From positions 5,704,001 through 5,768,000 of the forward strand of contig NC_059441.1 in the NCBI RefSeq assembly GCF_021028975.2: a stretch of 64,000 bases of DNA. Reading direction: 5' to 3'. Of the stretch, positions 27,947 to 42,981 are shown piece after piece; the first letter of the stretch is position 1; the number at the start of each line of letters is the position of its first letter. The notes under the pieces are model-generated. The model made no database searches. It saw only the letters and a program-made list of their open reading frames with translations, and had not been told where the DNA came from. A program made the position numbers and the translations under genes. Origin of the DNA: Sphaerodactylus townsendi. Its lineage: Eukaryota.

Positions 27947-29635
27947 AAACTCTTCTTTCCGGGATCCCAGCCTGTCACTTCAGATAGCTGAGTGACTGAC
28001 CCGCACCATGATGATGAAAGATGAGAAACCAGGTCACCCGGAGAGCTCCAGCATACGTTGGGGACTCCTCCTCATATATGAAGGAGGGGGGAAAAGAGAA
28101 GATCAGAATATGCCCCAGGAGGCCCAGAATGTTGAAAGCAGCTGAGAGTCCGTCTGCGGACGTCCACGAGAGCACAGAGAATTGCCAGACCGCCCCCTGG
28201 GCCAGTTCCCACGAGGTTGCCTTAAGGAACTCCAGGTCAAGCCGGATATCCAGTTCACCATGTTGAGCTGATCGCCAGTCTTTCAGCCCACCATGAAATC
28301 TGCTTCCTGCAGATTGTGGCCCTCTGGACGGCAGTCTGGCTCCATCCAAACCAGGCGAGAGAAGCCGCCCTCTGCCTGGCGCGCACGTGAGCGGCCGTGT
28401 GCCTCAGCTGGAAGGAGGGAAAGACGACTCCGGCTGGCTCTTCAGAATCAGACACTGGAAGAATCGGGCAGAGTTCGCAGCAAGAAATGCCACGAGGCGT
28501 TCAGAGGAGGCCCAAATTAAACCCAGTGCTTGTCAAATGCTGCGCGATCACCTCACCATGGATGGAGGGGGGAGCCTGTCTGATTGCTGTGCCTCATCTC
28601 CAGCCGCTGCTGAATTGGCTTCCTCTCGCACAGGCCGATGACCCCTTCTCTCTCCTGCCCCCCCCCCCCCAAGCAAACGCCTTAGGGAGCCTCCTGCAGA
28701 CTCCAGCTCTGAAGCCAGGGTCACCAATGGGTGGCGGAGCTTTTGCCCCAGAGGTGGAAGCCTGCGGCTGTCCCAGGATCAGCGCTGGCCTCCCTCCGCT
28801 CTCTACCCACATGTGTCTGGCTTGCTGGTTCCCTGCCCCTGCTCACAAAAAGCCCAGGAGCTCCAGGATCTGTCTGGTAACATCTTGGAGGACCAGGCTG
28901 AGAATGGTAGCAGGAGGAACGAGATGGACTTGGGTGCCATTCTGGGAGTCAGCCCTGCTTCTGTCTTCTGTATAGAAACCCTGGCATGGAAAGGCCTTCC
29001 TGACAGTTTCTCCAGAGGGAATGCCAAAGCCCCCACCCCCACCCCCGGTCCTGAGCCCAGAATGTCCCCAAGTAGCCTCTGATGGCAAGGGGAGGGGGTC
29101 TGCAGCCCGCTCAGGCAATCAAAAACAGGCAGGTAAGAAGGCCTCCTCTTTGCATTCTTTGAACGGCAGCATTGCAAGCCATGCTGTGCCCCCCCCAGCT
29201 GTTCCTGGGGAGGAGTGAGCATGGGGCTGGTATGTGCCTAGGATTCCCCAGAGCCTGGGACCCTAACCCTTACCAGGGCCTACCCTCTAAGAGCAGCCCA
29301 GAGTCCCCACTTGTCAGCTGTTGCAGCCGCCGCTTCAAGGAATGTGTCTCCATCGTGCCTTATCCCTGTGGAACCACCCAGACCCAGAGGGGATAAGGGA
29401 GTATTGTCCCTGAGAGGGAAGTATTGTCCCCACCAACAGGTGATTCTAAATGTAAACCTATCAGAGTTAGGAGGGAGTGAAATAAGCCAGGAAGGGGTGG
29501 AGCCCCTCGAGGCAGAATAGTGCAGGAAGTGGGGAGAGCAGGCGAAAGAAGGGAGCCTGGCTGCTCAGCTGGGTGCTTGAAATTTAATTATAGGCTCTTA
29601 GCACCTTGCTTAAAGTAACTGTGATGTGTGTGTGG

Positions 29636-29918
29636 CAGTGGTGTAGCTATCATGGGACAGGGTGGGGAGAGGCGCCCCAGGCAGAAAATCACCCCCACAC
29701 CTTTCCTCCTTCCCCCTTGCCCCGCCAGGGCCAGCAGAGGCTGCTTTGTGCGCCCCTGCCCACTCCTGCCCCACCAGGCCCTGCTGCCAGCTAAGGTAAG
29801 TGGGGGCAGAGCATAGGGGGTCAGTGCAGAGGCCCGTGTGTGTGTGTGGGGGGGGGGGGGGAAACTTGGAGTCTGTCCCGGGCTCCATTTCCCCCAGCTG
29901 CCTACGCCTACGCCCCTG
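29636..29918. mobile_element. Non-autonomous hAT element
   Basis: TIRs CAGTGGTGTAG / CTACGCCCCTG; TSD GTGTGTGG/GTGTATGG. Confidence 0.75.
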
Positions 29919-30010
29919 GTGTATGGAAACCAGTAATGGAGGGAGACTTTTGTTCTGAATTGTAAATTGTGGAATTTATTGTTTCAGGGCTGATTTTTAT
30001 TATCATTGTG

Positions 30011-30297
30011 GGGTAGGAGGTTAAGAGCTCGTGTATCTAATCTGGAGGAACCGGATTTGATTCCCAGCTCTGCCGCCTGAGCTGTGGAGGCTTATCTGGG
30101 GAACCAGATTAGCCTGTACACTTCCACACATGCCAGCTGGGTGACCTTGGGCTAGTCACAGCTTCTCGGAGCTCTCTCAGCCCCACCCACCTCACAGGGT
30201 GTTTGTTGTGAGGGGGGAAGGGCAAGGAGATTGTAAGCCCCTTTGAGTCTCCTGCAGGAGAGAAAGGGGGGATATAAATCCAAACTCTTCTTCTTCT
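30011..30297 (+). mobile_element. tRNA-derived SINE (Squam3-like), followed by a second partial SINE to about 30490
   Basis: Family identity; (CTT)n and (CCT)n tails. Confidence 0.88.
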
Positions 30298-30504
30298 TTT
30301 GCAGGGCGCTTGCTATTTGCGGGCTAGTTCAGTTCTGTCTGAACTCTCTCAGTCCCACCGACCTCACCAGGTATCTGTTGTGGGGAGAGGAAGGGAGCTT
30401 GTAAACCACCTTGAGTATCCTTACAGGAGAGAAAGGTGGGGTATAAATCCAAATTCTTCCTCCTCCTCCTCCTCCTCCTCCTCCTTCATCATCAGCATCT
30501 TCTT

Positions 30505-32200
30505 CTTCTTTATTTACTCAGTAACTGAAGTACAAGCATCTTGAAGAACACGAGAAACAGAAAAATTAATATGACATGGTTTTATCCAAATTTGGTAGGA
30601 TTTTAAATGACTTCCAACTTTCCTTACAAAGAACTTAAAATTAACCATCAAACCCTTGCTGTTTGCCCTGTCTCTGCCCCTAGAATTTTCTTCTAAAAAA
30701 AGCTATATAACAATATTTTGCATTTGAACTATGTAACCATCCTTATCATGCCATATACCCTAAAGTGATACTGTTCTTTTTAATTTTTGTTCTATATATT
30801 CCATCTACAACTTTCACTCTACCTTGAAATCCACAATCTGTTTGTCTTCTATATACAGGTACCTGGTTAGTTTTGCCCACCCTTTTATGGCATTTCCAAC
30901 ACAAATTTTCATTATTATCGCTCATTTTTTAACTTCTAGTTGGTGTTAAATACCATCAGTAATGCATTTTATATATTTTTTCCTTTTATATGATAACTAG
31001 CTGAAAAATTAATATCCTTTTTCCATACGTGCTGCTGCCCGTCTCCTAGCTTAATATTGTGACCCGTGTTCCTTGCCCCAGTTACCATCAATTCTTTAAC
31101 AATCTCACTCTCAGCTTAGACACGGCACCCCTAGGTTATTCCTTCTCCCTCCAAGTTCGAGAGTCTCCCTTTTTTTTAAATAGAACCCATTCTTTCAGCC
31201 AGCTTAATGCAGCAGATCCAAAATAAAAATGTGGGTGAGGTACTTGTAGAGCTCCCCTCTCTTTGGCTTTGCAAAGTATTTTCATTCCGTATTTCATTTT
31301 AATACTGGCTGTCTATCCTTGACATATACATTTTGCCAGTTCTTTTTGCCAGGAATTCAGTGGGTTTTGGTAGAATCCAGGAACAAATTGTAAGGATCCA
31401 TGTATCTGAATGCAGCAACTGTGCCCCTCCACTGGGGTAGGGGCTCTGGAGCGGGAGGGCAAGTCTGCCAGCACGGACCTGCGTCCCATTCAGGAGACAA
31501 ACCCCCCCCCCCCTCAATTAGGCTGGTAGTTCTTCTGCAACATTTAATTGTAGACTGCTTATAAAATTGAAAGCCCTTTTTTGGGGGGGGGAGTGCTGAG
31601 GCCACATGCTTTGCTCAGCTTATTAATTAAGATATTTCATACTTTTTTTTCTTTATATGAGTCTCCTAACTGCATAATGGGTCTGAGTTTAGTTTTTTAA
31701 CTGATTAAATAGTTTCATTCATTTAGAGGGGGAGGTCAATCCGTTAACATTTATCGATACAATTTTCACCTTTGTCCTTTTTATTGAAATCCTTTGACCT
31801 GGTCCAGCTTTTCTTCGTCATTGTCCTATAACCACCCTGGTTTTCATTTCTTCTTGTTCTCGGAGAACTTTCTTTTGAGTTTGTCGGAGGTTTTCTCTCA
31901 GGCCCCTTCCGCACACGCAAAATAATGCATTTTCAAACCACTTTCACAACTGTTTGCAAGTGGATTTTGCTATTCCGCACAGCTTCAAAGAGCACTGAAA
32001 GCAGTTTGAAAGTGCATTATTCTGCATGTGCGGAATGAGCCTCAGATTCTTTGGACGTACTTTCAGGTAAAAACTTTTCTGCCCGTTCTTTAGCTCGATC
32101 TACTGATTATTCTTGTACCCTTGGATAGTACAACCTCTGTAGCAAATGGGACCTTCCAACAGTATTTTATTTCATCCCTTTGTAGGACTTGCCTTAAAAA
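30505..32200 (-). mobile_element. Heavily deleted L1-clade LINE remnant
   Basis: Minus strand KIVSINVNGL...ETHIK (APE N-terminus, about 31650-31770) and YKMHY*WYLTP...LCWKC (ORF2 C-terminus, about 30880-30980); outer boundaries approximate. Confidence 0.7.
31901..32041 (+). mobile_element. PIF/Harbinger-type MITE
   Basis: TIRs GGCCCCTTCCGCACA / TGTGCGGAATGAGCC; TSD TCA. Confidence 0.82.
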
Positions 32201-32699
32201 AAGGAAAATCTTGAAAACCCTGCATGCCTATTGAGGGGAAGTCATGTGGTTCCACTTCCTCCTCTCTTGCAAGCCACTGTTGCACTCAGTGAGATCAGTC
32301 CTCACCCAGGGCCACAGATGGTTGAATCAAATAATTTAGCAAGGTCTGAGGCCACAAAAAGGGCAGGGAAATGTGATGGAAGCTGGCAGCATGCAGAACG
32401 TGCAACTTGCTGGTGGGTGTGTAGCTTTGGTAGGGGCTTGTTTTCCTTCACAAGAAATAGTGACTGTTGACGTGGGGCACAGTTGGCTTCTGCCCGCTCT
32501 GGAACCCTGTGTTTCTCCTCCAAGTGTTGCCCCTGGTTGGGGGTCACCTGAGATCAAGGGTGGGGGCGTGGCAGGTGGGCTGGAAGAGCGGCACCTGGGA
32601 GCCACTGGAGGCCAGGATGGATGTGTGAGGTTGCCTCCTCCTGGCTTACTGCCTACTCTGAGCAGCAGCAGCAGCCCCCTGCTGGAGAGGGCAGCAGTG

Positions 32700-34550
<1,851 letters not shown>

Positions 34551-35267
34551 CGCTCATCCCTGTGTGCAGAGTGTGTGTGTGTGTGGGGGGGCTGCAGGTG
34601 CTGTCCCCGCCTGAGCGAAAGCCCCCCAGAGGGTCCCAGAAACGGAGGTGCCTCTCAGGAGGCGGTTGACTGGGAGGCTCGGCTGCTCCTGCCAAGGGGC
34701 GGGGGCGGGGGGGGGCAACCAGAAACGCTCTCAGGCAAGCAGCCCCTGGCATGCAGGGCCCCCTCCCCCTGCCGTGCGCCACAGTCTCCATGCCTGGAAG
34801 GTCTGTGTTTTGTGAATGGCATTCCTTCACCAGCTTCATGGGGCTTCTCTCAGAAAGGGGGACCTGAATCCTTCATGGCTCCGCCAGTTAAAAGTGGACT
34901 GTAGATGAGGCTGAGGTTGCCGAGAGGTTGGTGGCCTGCCTGCCGCAGGGGGACTGGGGGGGCTGGGGGCAGCAGCAAGGGGGCTTTGTGGTCAGGTGTG
35001 TCCTCTGCTGTGTTGGGTCAGGCTGGCCTTTGCGGAAGGGCTTCAGTTCACCCAGGTGCATTTGTCAGGGAGGCCCCTCGCCTGATAAAGGTGGGTGTGT
35101 GAATCACGGGCCGGACAGTTGTACACAATGGTCCATGGGACCGGACAAGGTTCCCTGTGGCTGGAAACGCAGCAGGGTGGAAACGTGGGGGCTACAAGTC
35201 CCGGCCATCTTGCCAGCCCCCACTTTCGTGTGTGTTGGGGGTGGGGAGAGCAACCTAGAGCATCATT

Positions 35268-35461
35268 TGGGTACTGTGTGGTTTCTGGGCTGTATGGCCG
35301 TGTTCTAGCAGCATTCTCTCCTGACGTTTCGCCTGCATCTGTGGCTGGCATCTTCAGAGGATCCTCTCCCCCTCTGGAGAGAATGCTGCTAGAACACGGC
35401 CATACAGCCCAGAAACCACACAACACCCCAGTGATTCCAGTCGTGAAACCTTCGACAATAC
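35268..35461. mobile_element. Inverted pair of Penelope terminal repeats
   Basis: GGCTGTATGGCCGTGTTCTAGCAGCATTCTCTCC inverted against GGAGAGAATGCTGCTAGAACACGGCCATACAGCC. Confidence 0.82.
35319..35361 (-). ncRNA. Minimal type I hammerhead ribozyme motif (Penelope-associated)
   Basis: UCCU-CUGAAGA-U-GCC.GC(loop)GC.GGC-GAAA-CG-UC-AGGA: full catalytic core, helices I and II, palindromic ACGU in place of helix III. Confidence 0.75.
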
Positions 35462-36429
35462 GTAGAGCATCATGACTGCGTTCAAAGAATACTTTTCACA
35501 TAGTCATATCTCCTCCTTTTTAAAAAAGAGCTGAATCCAGTGGAGCGGCCTTTGCTCTCAGGGCCGTCTCAAACAGAGTTACACCATTGATGTCAACATG
35601 CTGAGAATATGTCACATTGGTTAGGATTGTTTTTATTTTAACCCCTCAGTGGAGGATCCCATAAGCCATGTAGATGCAGCTCTGAGCCATGCTGCAGTGG
35701 GACCTCCATGTGCAAAGGCAATGTACCAGATACTGGGGAAGAGCTTTGCTTTCATGACCTGCTTACGGGCTCCTTGAGGCAGAATGTAGATGCTGCACTT
35801 GATGGATCCAGCAAAAATCCTAAACTGCAGACGACTCTTCTGTCCCATAAACAGTTGCAATGTTGGGAAGAATGAGAGAGAGAACAGAAATGGCACAAAG
35901 TGTTCAGATAACAAACAGCCTGTGACTGGCTCTGCAGCAGCAGCAGCAGCAACACACACACACCGCCCCCCCTGCAAAGACCGCATCAGCAGTTTGTGCC
36001 CTGGGCTTTGCCCACAGGAGACCCCTTCTCTGCCTCATCGTTCCAGGTCACCTGTGTCTGGTCTCCCCCCAGCTGGAGGTCCATATGGCTGCGGCCACCT
36101 GCCCATCTCCTCTCATCCCAAGCCTGTGCAGCAGGCTCCCCCACACCAAGAACAAGAGTACACCTCACGTGGTGCACAGACAGGCCTGTCAAAGGCACGC
36201 ATGCTGCATGGCATCTGCCACGTTTTGGAAGAGTTACTAGCGGCAGACGTGGCGGTTGTAAGCAATCTGGAGTTTCAGTCGGCTTTCACAAATTGCAGCC
36301 TCTCTTTGATGGGATGTCCTTTTGTGCATTGATAACATTGATGTCTTCATACTTGAGTGCCGCTGACGGCCTCTTGCTACTCCAAGCATGATCCGCCAGT
36401 CACGATCCTGACTGAAATGCGCACTTTTT

Positions 36430-36918
36430 ATTTTATTTTATTTATTCGATTTGATAAACCGCCCTACCCCCGAAGGGCTCAGGGCGGTGTACAATAGCAA
36501 ATGACAAGACAATAAAACAAATCGAATAGCCCCAATTAAAAACAATACAAAACCTTAAAACTATAGCAGCAGTAACCTACAAAAAAATGAATAATAATAA
36601 TAAAAGGCGTCTGGCATCAAACCCCAGTGGACAAACCCTGGGAGGGAGGGGGTAGCAAAAGAGGGGCGGGCTCAGCTGCCGGCCCCCCCAAAAGCCCAGT
36701 GGAACAACACAGTTTTGCAGGCCCTGCGGAACTCTCCAAGGTCCCGCAGGGCCCTAACTGCTGGAGGAAGAGCGTTCCACCAGGCAGGGGCCAGGGCAGT
36801 AAATGCCCTGGCCCGCGTGGATGCCAGCCGCATCATGGAGGGGCCGGGGACCACCAGCAGATTTGCCTCTGCTGAGCGGAGGACGCGAATCAGGACATAT
36901 GGGGTGAGACGGTCCCGT
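36430..36918 (-). mobile_element. L2 LINE 3' fragment
   Basis: RLASTRARAFTALAPAWWNALP...FRRACKT.LF (L2 ORF2 end) and (TAAA)-rich tail; relatives about 48050-48409 (+) and 61115-61375 (-). Confidence 0.85.
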
Positions 36919-37649
36919 AGTCTGTTTCAGAGCAGCCAGGTACGATCAACTCCTTCAGGGCCCCTGAGGGGCCCGCCTGGTCATCTCTGGGCAACAGCTA
37001 TTCAGAGAGATTCCCGCCCCCCACCCCACTCCTTTGAGTCGTGTGGTGGAAGAAAGGTGGGAAGTCATCGCCAAAGTGATGTTCTGGGTTATCGGAGTAG
37101 CTGCCCACTCTGAACAAGGCCATTTGGCACGTTTGTGGTAGGGCCTCATGGGGTGCCACATTTGTGTTCACAGTTGATGCCAAAGGCCTCAGGCTTGGGG
37201 CCTGGCCTTTGACTTCCTGCTTAAAGCGCTCCGGACCTCACCTGGGCTCCGGCAGGAAAGCACTTCGGGCCACTGGAACTGATTCAGTTCCTGATCCCTT
37301 AGTAGCAGAATGACTTGACTGAGTATTTTGCCTTCAGCCCCTTCAGTCTTCTTGTTTGTCTGGAAGCTACTGAGAAGTGTGTATCTCTCCCTCCCTGTCC
37401 CCGTCCCCCGGTCCTTCTCCAAAGCATCCTTGGCAGCTTTCATGCACCTCAGCGAGGGTCTTTTTCTGCAGTCTTTTCCAAACTTGGTTGTAAGGTTTTG
37501 GGATTGATCACAGCAAAGCCAGCGAGATGCCCGCCCATGCAGATGGGGAAGTCTGGATCTTCTCAGTCCTGCCTGCTGCATGGGCACCATTTTTCCCACC
37601 ACGGCACCAGTAATGTCTCCTTCATTAACAGACAGGACACAGCGTGTAA

Positions 37650-37770
37650 CAGACCTTCCCTCTGTGATGCACCTCTGAAGATGCCAGCCACAGATGCAGG
37701 TGGAACGTTAGGAATGAGATCCACCAGACCACGGCCGCACAGTCCGGAAAGCCCACCAAAGCCAGTGGTT
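37650..37770 (+). mobile_element. Penelope terminal-repeat remnant with mutated hammerhead core
   Basis: CCTCTGAAGATGCC...AGGTGGAACGTTAGG (GAAA lost). Confidence 0.75.
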
Positions 37771-39999
37771 TTTTAAAAATTTAATATCATTATATCATTT
37801 TAAATGACTATTTGGTTGCCTGAATTCTTAGCTTTTATTGAATAAAGTTTCTAGCCCCGTTTGTGGCAGGGATGCCTTTCTCTCTGCAATGGAAGGAGCA
37901 AGAGACCTTTTAAAATAATGAAATCTGAGAATTTTGCCATCCTGATAGCCTGATGGTTATAACCTGGAAGCACTCTGCCCGTATAAAATTGCTGATTTAA
38001 CACACACACCCTTTAAAAGCCCCCTCCTGCTGCCCTCTCCAACAGGGGGCTGCTGCTGCTGCTCAGAGTAGACAGGGAGCCAGGAGGAGGCAACCTCACA
38101 CATCCATCCTGTCACCCGCCCCCTCCCCGATCCTTACAGTGTGAAGGTTGGGGGCTAAAAGGATGGGTTGGAGGAGGTAGCGCGATGTCCAGCTTGATCA
38201 GTGGGCACTCCTCCGCCTGACAGAGTGGCCTCCAGTGGCTCCCAGGTGCCGCTCTTCCAGCCCACCTGCCACACCCCCATCCTTGATCTCAGGTGACCCC
38301 CAACCAGGAGCAACACTTGGAGGAGAAACACAGGGTTCCAGGGGAGGGCAGAAGGATTTATGCAGCAGGACCAAGGCAGGGAAGCTGCCGTGTGGAAGCC
38401 CCATTTTGCTCCTGTGCTGCCCTGGAATACCCCAGACGCCCACCCCTGTTGTGGGAAGCACCTCAACGCAGAGAGGTTCGGTTGCAAGGAGACTCGCACC
38501 CCAATGCCATTTGGTGCAACTAAAGGCGTTGCGGTCTGACACCCCCCTGCGGTCTCTTTTTCAGCAGAGCAATTCTTTGGCCTCTTTTGTCTCACAAATG
38601 GACCAGGGAGACGCCTCTCGGGTAGCTGGTGCTCTTGGAGACTCATGTGCAGCAGCAGCGCACACACAGCATTGTCCTTTGAACGGGATGTGTGCGTGCA
38701 CACACGCGAGATAGATTCCTCCGCATCTGAGTCTGGCAGGATGTCGGCTCAGGCTGCCAGGAAGATGGATGTCCCGGGAGCTACAGGAATACATTAGCGG
38801 CACCGAGTTTGATGCTCAGATTTGTTCACTTTGCTTTTTGCTCCTGAATGAAATTAGATTAAAAAGTAGCATTAGGGGGTGTTTTTTCCCAGCCAGCCAA
38901 CCTGTCTGCACCCTCTTGCTCCCTGACTTCAGAAGAGTGACTGAGACCTCATAGTCAGGACTGGGGTGAAGCCTTAAGTGGGTTTTAATCTAAGCGGGGT
39001 TCTCAAAAGCACAGCTGAGCCCATTATTTCTGGGCTCCCTGGGGTGGGAGTCGGGGGTGGGTGGGTGGGTGGGTGGCGGCACAGGAGAGCTTTTGGTGCC
39101 GTCCTACCTTAATGGTTTGGCCAGGGTGGGTGGGTGGGTGGGAGCTGGCCGTGTCCTTGTCCCAAGGGAGTCAGCTCTGAGTAGAGTTTTCATTTTGTAC
39201 ATTTTCACATGTGAATGAATGTGCAGGGATAGAACGAAGTGTTCTGCATGTAACGTCGCCTGTGGACAGGCTGTGATATCGTCTGTAGCAATTTGCGCTC
39301 TGCATTTTCCAGCCCTCGTGTTGGGTGCAGGAGGATGGTCTAGAGCTGATCGTTTCTTTCACTGTGGACCCTGGATTCTATTTTAGCCTTATGTAGGCCA
39401 GTTGCGGAGGAAACGTCTTCCCAAATCCGGTGAGATTACAGTATGACATTAAGTCGGTCCCTGTCTCCTTAGAATCGGAAATGAAATTGCAGCAGGCAGT
39501 GAAATGGCCACGCTGGCAGGTCAGCGGCAGCTGGAGAACCCAGTGAGCCCTGAGGAACTTGGGTGGGATTTGGTCTGTGGTCTTTGGGGCCTCTTCTGGG
39601 CTCAGTTGCTCTTCCTAGATTCAAATAAGAAAACAAAACTGGATTACCCAGAAAGGGGGGGGGGGAGCTTGAATATTTCATGTCCAGAGATAAAAGTTTT
39701 GTGCTCCAATTAAATAATGCATCTTGATGCACGACAGATGTGTCATCACTGCCGCCTGACTGAATGTTCGGCAAGGTCAACACAGGCCCAGGCAAGCAAC
39801 AGGCTGACAAATCAGGCGCAGGGATTGTTTGAAACACGAAGGTCCCACCTTTCCACAGAGCCAGAGGTAACCTGCCCGATATGAAGGTGCCCAGTTAAAA
39901 ACATAGTTGAAACATGTATTGTTGAAGGCTTTCACGGCTGGAATCGCTGGGATGCTGTGTGGTTTCCGGGCTGTATGGCCGTGTTCTAGCAGCATTCTC

Positions 40000-40042
40000 T
40001 CCTGACGTTTCGCCTGCATCTGTGGCTGGCATCTTCAGAGGA
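40000..40042 (-). ncRNA. Minimal hammerhead ribozyme motif inside Penelope terminal repeat 39915-40084
   Basis: Identical 43-nt core to 35319-35361. Confidence 0.75.
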
Positions 40043-40672
40043 TCTGAAGATGATCAGATCCTCTGAAGATGCCAGCCACAGATAGCAGAAGCGGCGTCCA
40101 TGCTACTAAACCGCTGCTGTCTCCAGAAGCTCTACAACACCATAGATTAGAAAACACATCAAGGTGAAATGGGAGCTCCTATGTCACCCCCAGTTGCCAA
40201 TCAGATACATTTATTAATTCTGCTAAAGGAGTGTTAAAATAATTCTGCTTTGCGTCTTTTGGAGCATTTCTCTGCGCGGGTCGTGTGTTCCGGGGCCAAT
40301 GCTGTTTGGAAGCAGGGTTGGTTGTTTTTTTTCTTGCTTTGATCACAGCAGCTGGGCGAGAAGGAAGTTCAGACGTTTCTGCCCACTTGGCGGCCATTTT
40401 GCCAGTCCTTGGCCCCACGGCATACATTCTGTCTCTTCCACCGCTGGTGGAGCTTTTTCTTTTTTTAATTAAAAAAAATCAGTTATTTCTTATTGTAATA
40501 ACAGTAAGGATGATAGATTCTGTGAATTCCCAGTTTTAAAAAGAAAAGTAATTCTCCAGCCAATCTGTTGTAGAGAGATAAGGGGGAAGGGGTTGCGAAG
40601 AGGAGCAGGCAGGGGTGTGTTTGCGCAAAGAGGGAACTGCCAAAAGAGAGGAGGAACATTCTGACCTTAGGT

Positions 40673-40848
40673 GCCGTGTTCTAGCAGCATTCTCTCCTGA
40701 CGTTTCGGCTGCATGATCCTCTGAAGATGCTGCCAGCCACAGATGCAGGCGAAACATCAGGAGAGAATGCTGCTAGAACTTCTCGATCGCCTTCGGCGGA
40801 AACCACACAGCACCCAAGTGATTCCGGCCGTGAAAGCCTTCGACAATA
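40673..40848. mobile_element. Inverted Penelope terminal-repeat pair with variant hammerhead (40717-40762, +)
   Basis: TCCT-CTGAAGA-TGCTGCC...GGC-GAAACATC-AGGA; ACGU changed to ACAU, plus a 3-nt insertion. Confidence 0.75.
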
Positions 40849-42079
40849 TATATTCTGACCTTAGTTGGGGCATAGGCTTGCCTAGCAAAAGGTGGTCCCG
40901 GGCCGTGAAGGGCTTTAAAGGTAAACAGCCAGCTCCTTGAATTGTGCCACCTGGACCAACTGAAGTCTCCAAATAGCTTTCAAGGGCAAGCCTGCATTAC
41001 AGTAATCTAGCCTAGAGGACACCATGACATGGATCAGTGTGTTGTGAGCTGTGAAAACTCTGAGCATCCTCCCAGGCAGACGCAACCTGCATTCTCAGAC
41101 GTGTGGACTAGAAACCTGGTTTAGTGTTAAGTGGATTTTTAAATTTGTTTTTGCAAGATATCGGATATTCAGGCCTCTCGCGGGCACGGTGGGGTGTGTG
41201 TTTGTGGTTCTGTCGCTATCTGCTATAACATCGTTTCTAAGCTATGACATTTATGCTGATTACTGTTTTATCTTGTTGGATTTTATTATTATGAATTGTG
41301 ATTAATTTATTGTTTTATTTATTTATTTTATTTATTTTATTAAACTTATAGGCCGCCTATCCCCGAAGGGGATGTTGTTCCCCGCCCTGAGCCCTTCGGG
41401 GGAGGGTGGTTTATAAATCTAATTATAAATATAAAATAAAAGACGTCAAGTACAATAACTGAATATTCCCACTTGGACAATACTCCCTGCAAGCACTTCA
41501 GTGACGCTTTTGCTCTCCGTGGGGCAGCCTTCTGCTGCAGGTGGAGGCGTTTTGCACCAAGATCACTTTGCTGTGGTTGAAATCTTCCCATAGAAAAAAA
41601 GGTGTGCCTGCCGCAGCCTGTTGAGTCGGGCATGTGGCTGGGGCCCAGGGTCTCAGTGTTATTGATACAGGGAAGGCCCGGCTGTGCAGGTGTGCAAACC
41701 TTTCTCAGTTGCAGGGTGAGCTCCGGGTAGGTGTGTGAAGCTGAGAGAGGTTTTGGAGGCAGTTGCTGGTTAGATGGCTGGAGAAATCTTTTCCTCGTCC
41801 CTGCGGACTCTGGTGTTTTCCCCATGGGAAGGGGCTTATGTTGCTTCCCCACTGCTGGTGCGGCTGTGGAGAACATTGCCCTGGCAATGGGGTTTCCACG
41901 GGGCACTTTCCCTGCGGCCGGCCCCTAGCAGCAGCCCCCCCCCTCCTCCCCCAGGCCACCAAGGAGTTCTCTGTTTCTTTGAAAAAGGCAATTGAATATG
42001 CTATGTGGTTATAGCATTATAACAATACATGTACCAGGTTCTTTGAACTACAAACTTTCATTTTGTTACAAAAAACAAA

Positions 42080-42221
42080 GGCCCCTTCCACACACGCAAA
42101 ATAATGTGTTTTCAAACCACTTTCACAACTGTTTGCAAGTGGATTTTGCCGTTCCGCACAGCTTCAAAAAAAACGTGAAAGCAGTTTGAAAGTGCATTAT
42201 TCTGCATGTGCGGAATGAGCC
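42080..42221 (+). mobile_element. PIF/Harbinger-type MITE
   Basis: Same family as 242 and 31901; TSD AAA. Confidence 0.8.
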
Positions 42222-42981
42222 AAAGTGAGTCTAGTCCCTTCTGTTGCAGAGAGGTGCCTTTCCCATTATATCTCCACAATGCAAGGGGCTACTGGTTTGC
42301 TTTGTGGAAAGTTGGACGATGAATTCTGAGGATCTGCTTTTTTAAAATTCATTTATGCTCTGCTTTTCTTCCTGGTGGGGACCCAGTTTTCCTGTCCTTT
42401 GCTCTATCCTCCCAACAGCTCTGGGAGGCAGGTTGCGATGAGAGGGTGCGCCTGGCCCACAGTCAGCCAGCAAGCTCCCACACAATGCAATAAAAAAAAT
42501 AGATTACAAAATTAGAGAATGCCCTAGAAACATAGAGTTGGAAGAGACCCCAAGGGCCATCAAGTCCAACCCCCTGCCAATCAAAGCACTCCCGACATAT
42601 GGTCATCCCGCCTCTGTTTAAAAACCTCCAAAGAAGGAGACTCCACCACTCTCCAGAGGCAGCGGATTCCACTGTTGAACAGCTCTGATGGTCAGGAAGT
42701 TCTTCCTAATGTTTAGGTGGAATCTCTTTTCCTTCACCTTGAACCCATGACTCTGTGTCCTAGTCTCTGAGGCAGCAGAAAACAAGATTGTTCCCTCTTC
42801 GACATGACAGCCCTTCAGATATTTAAACATGGCTATCATGTTCCCCCTTAACCTTAGCTTCTCCAGACTAAACATCCCCAGCTCCCTAAGCCTCTCTTCA
42901 TAGTAGAGCATGGATTCCAGATCTTTTACAGTATTCTAGGTGAGGTCTGACCAATGCAGAGTAGAGTGGTTCAATTACTTC

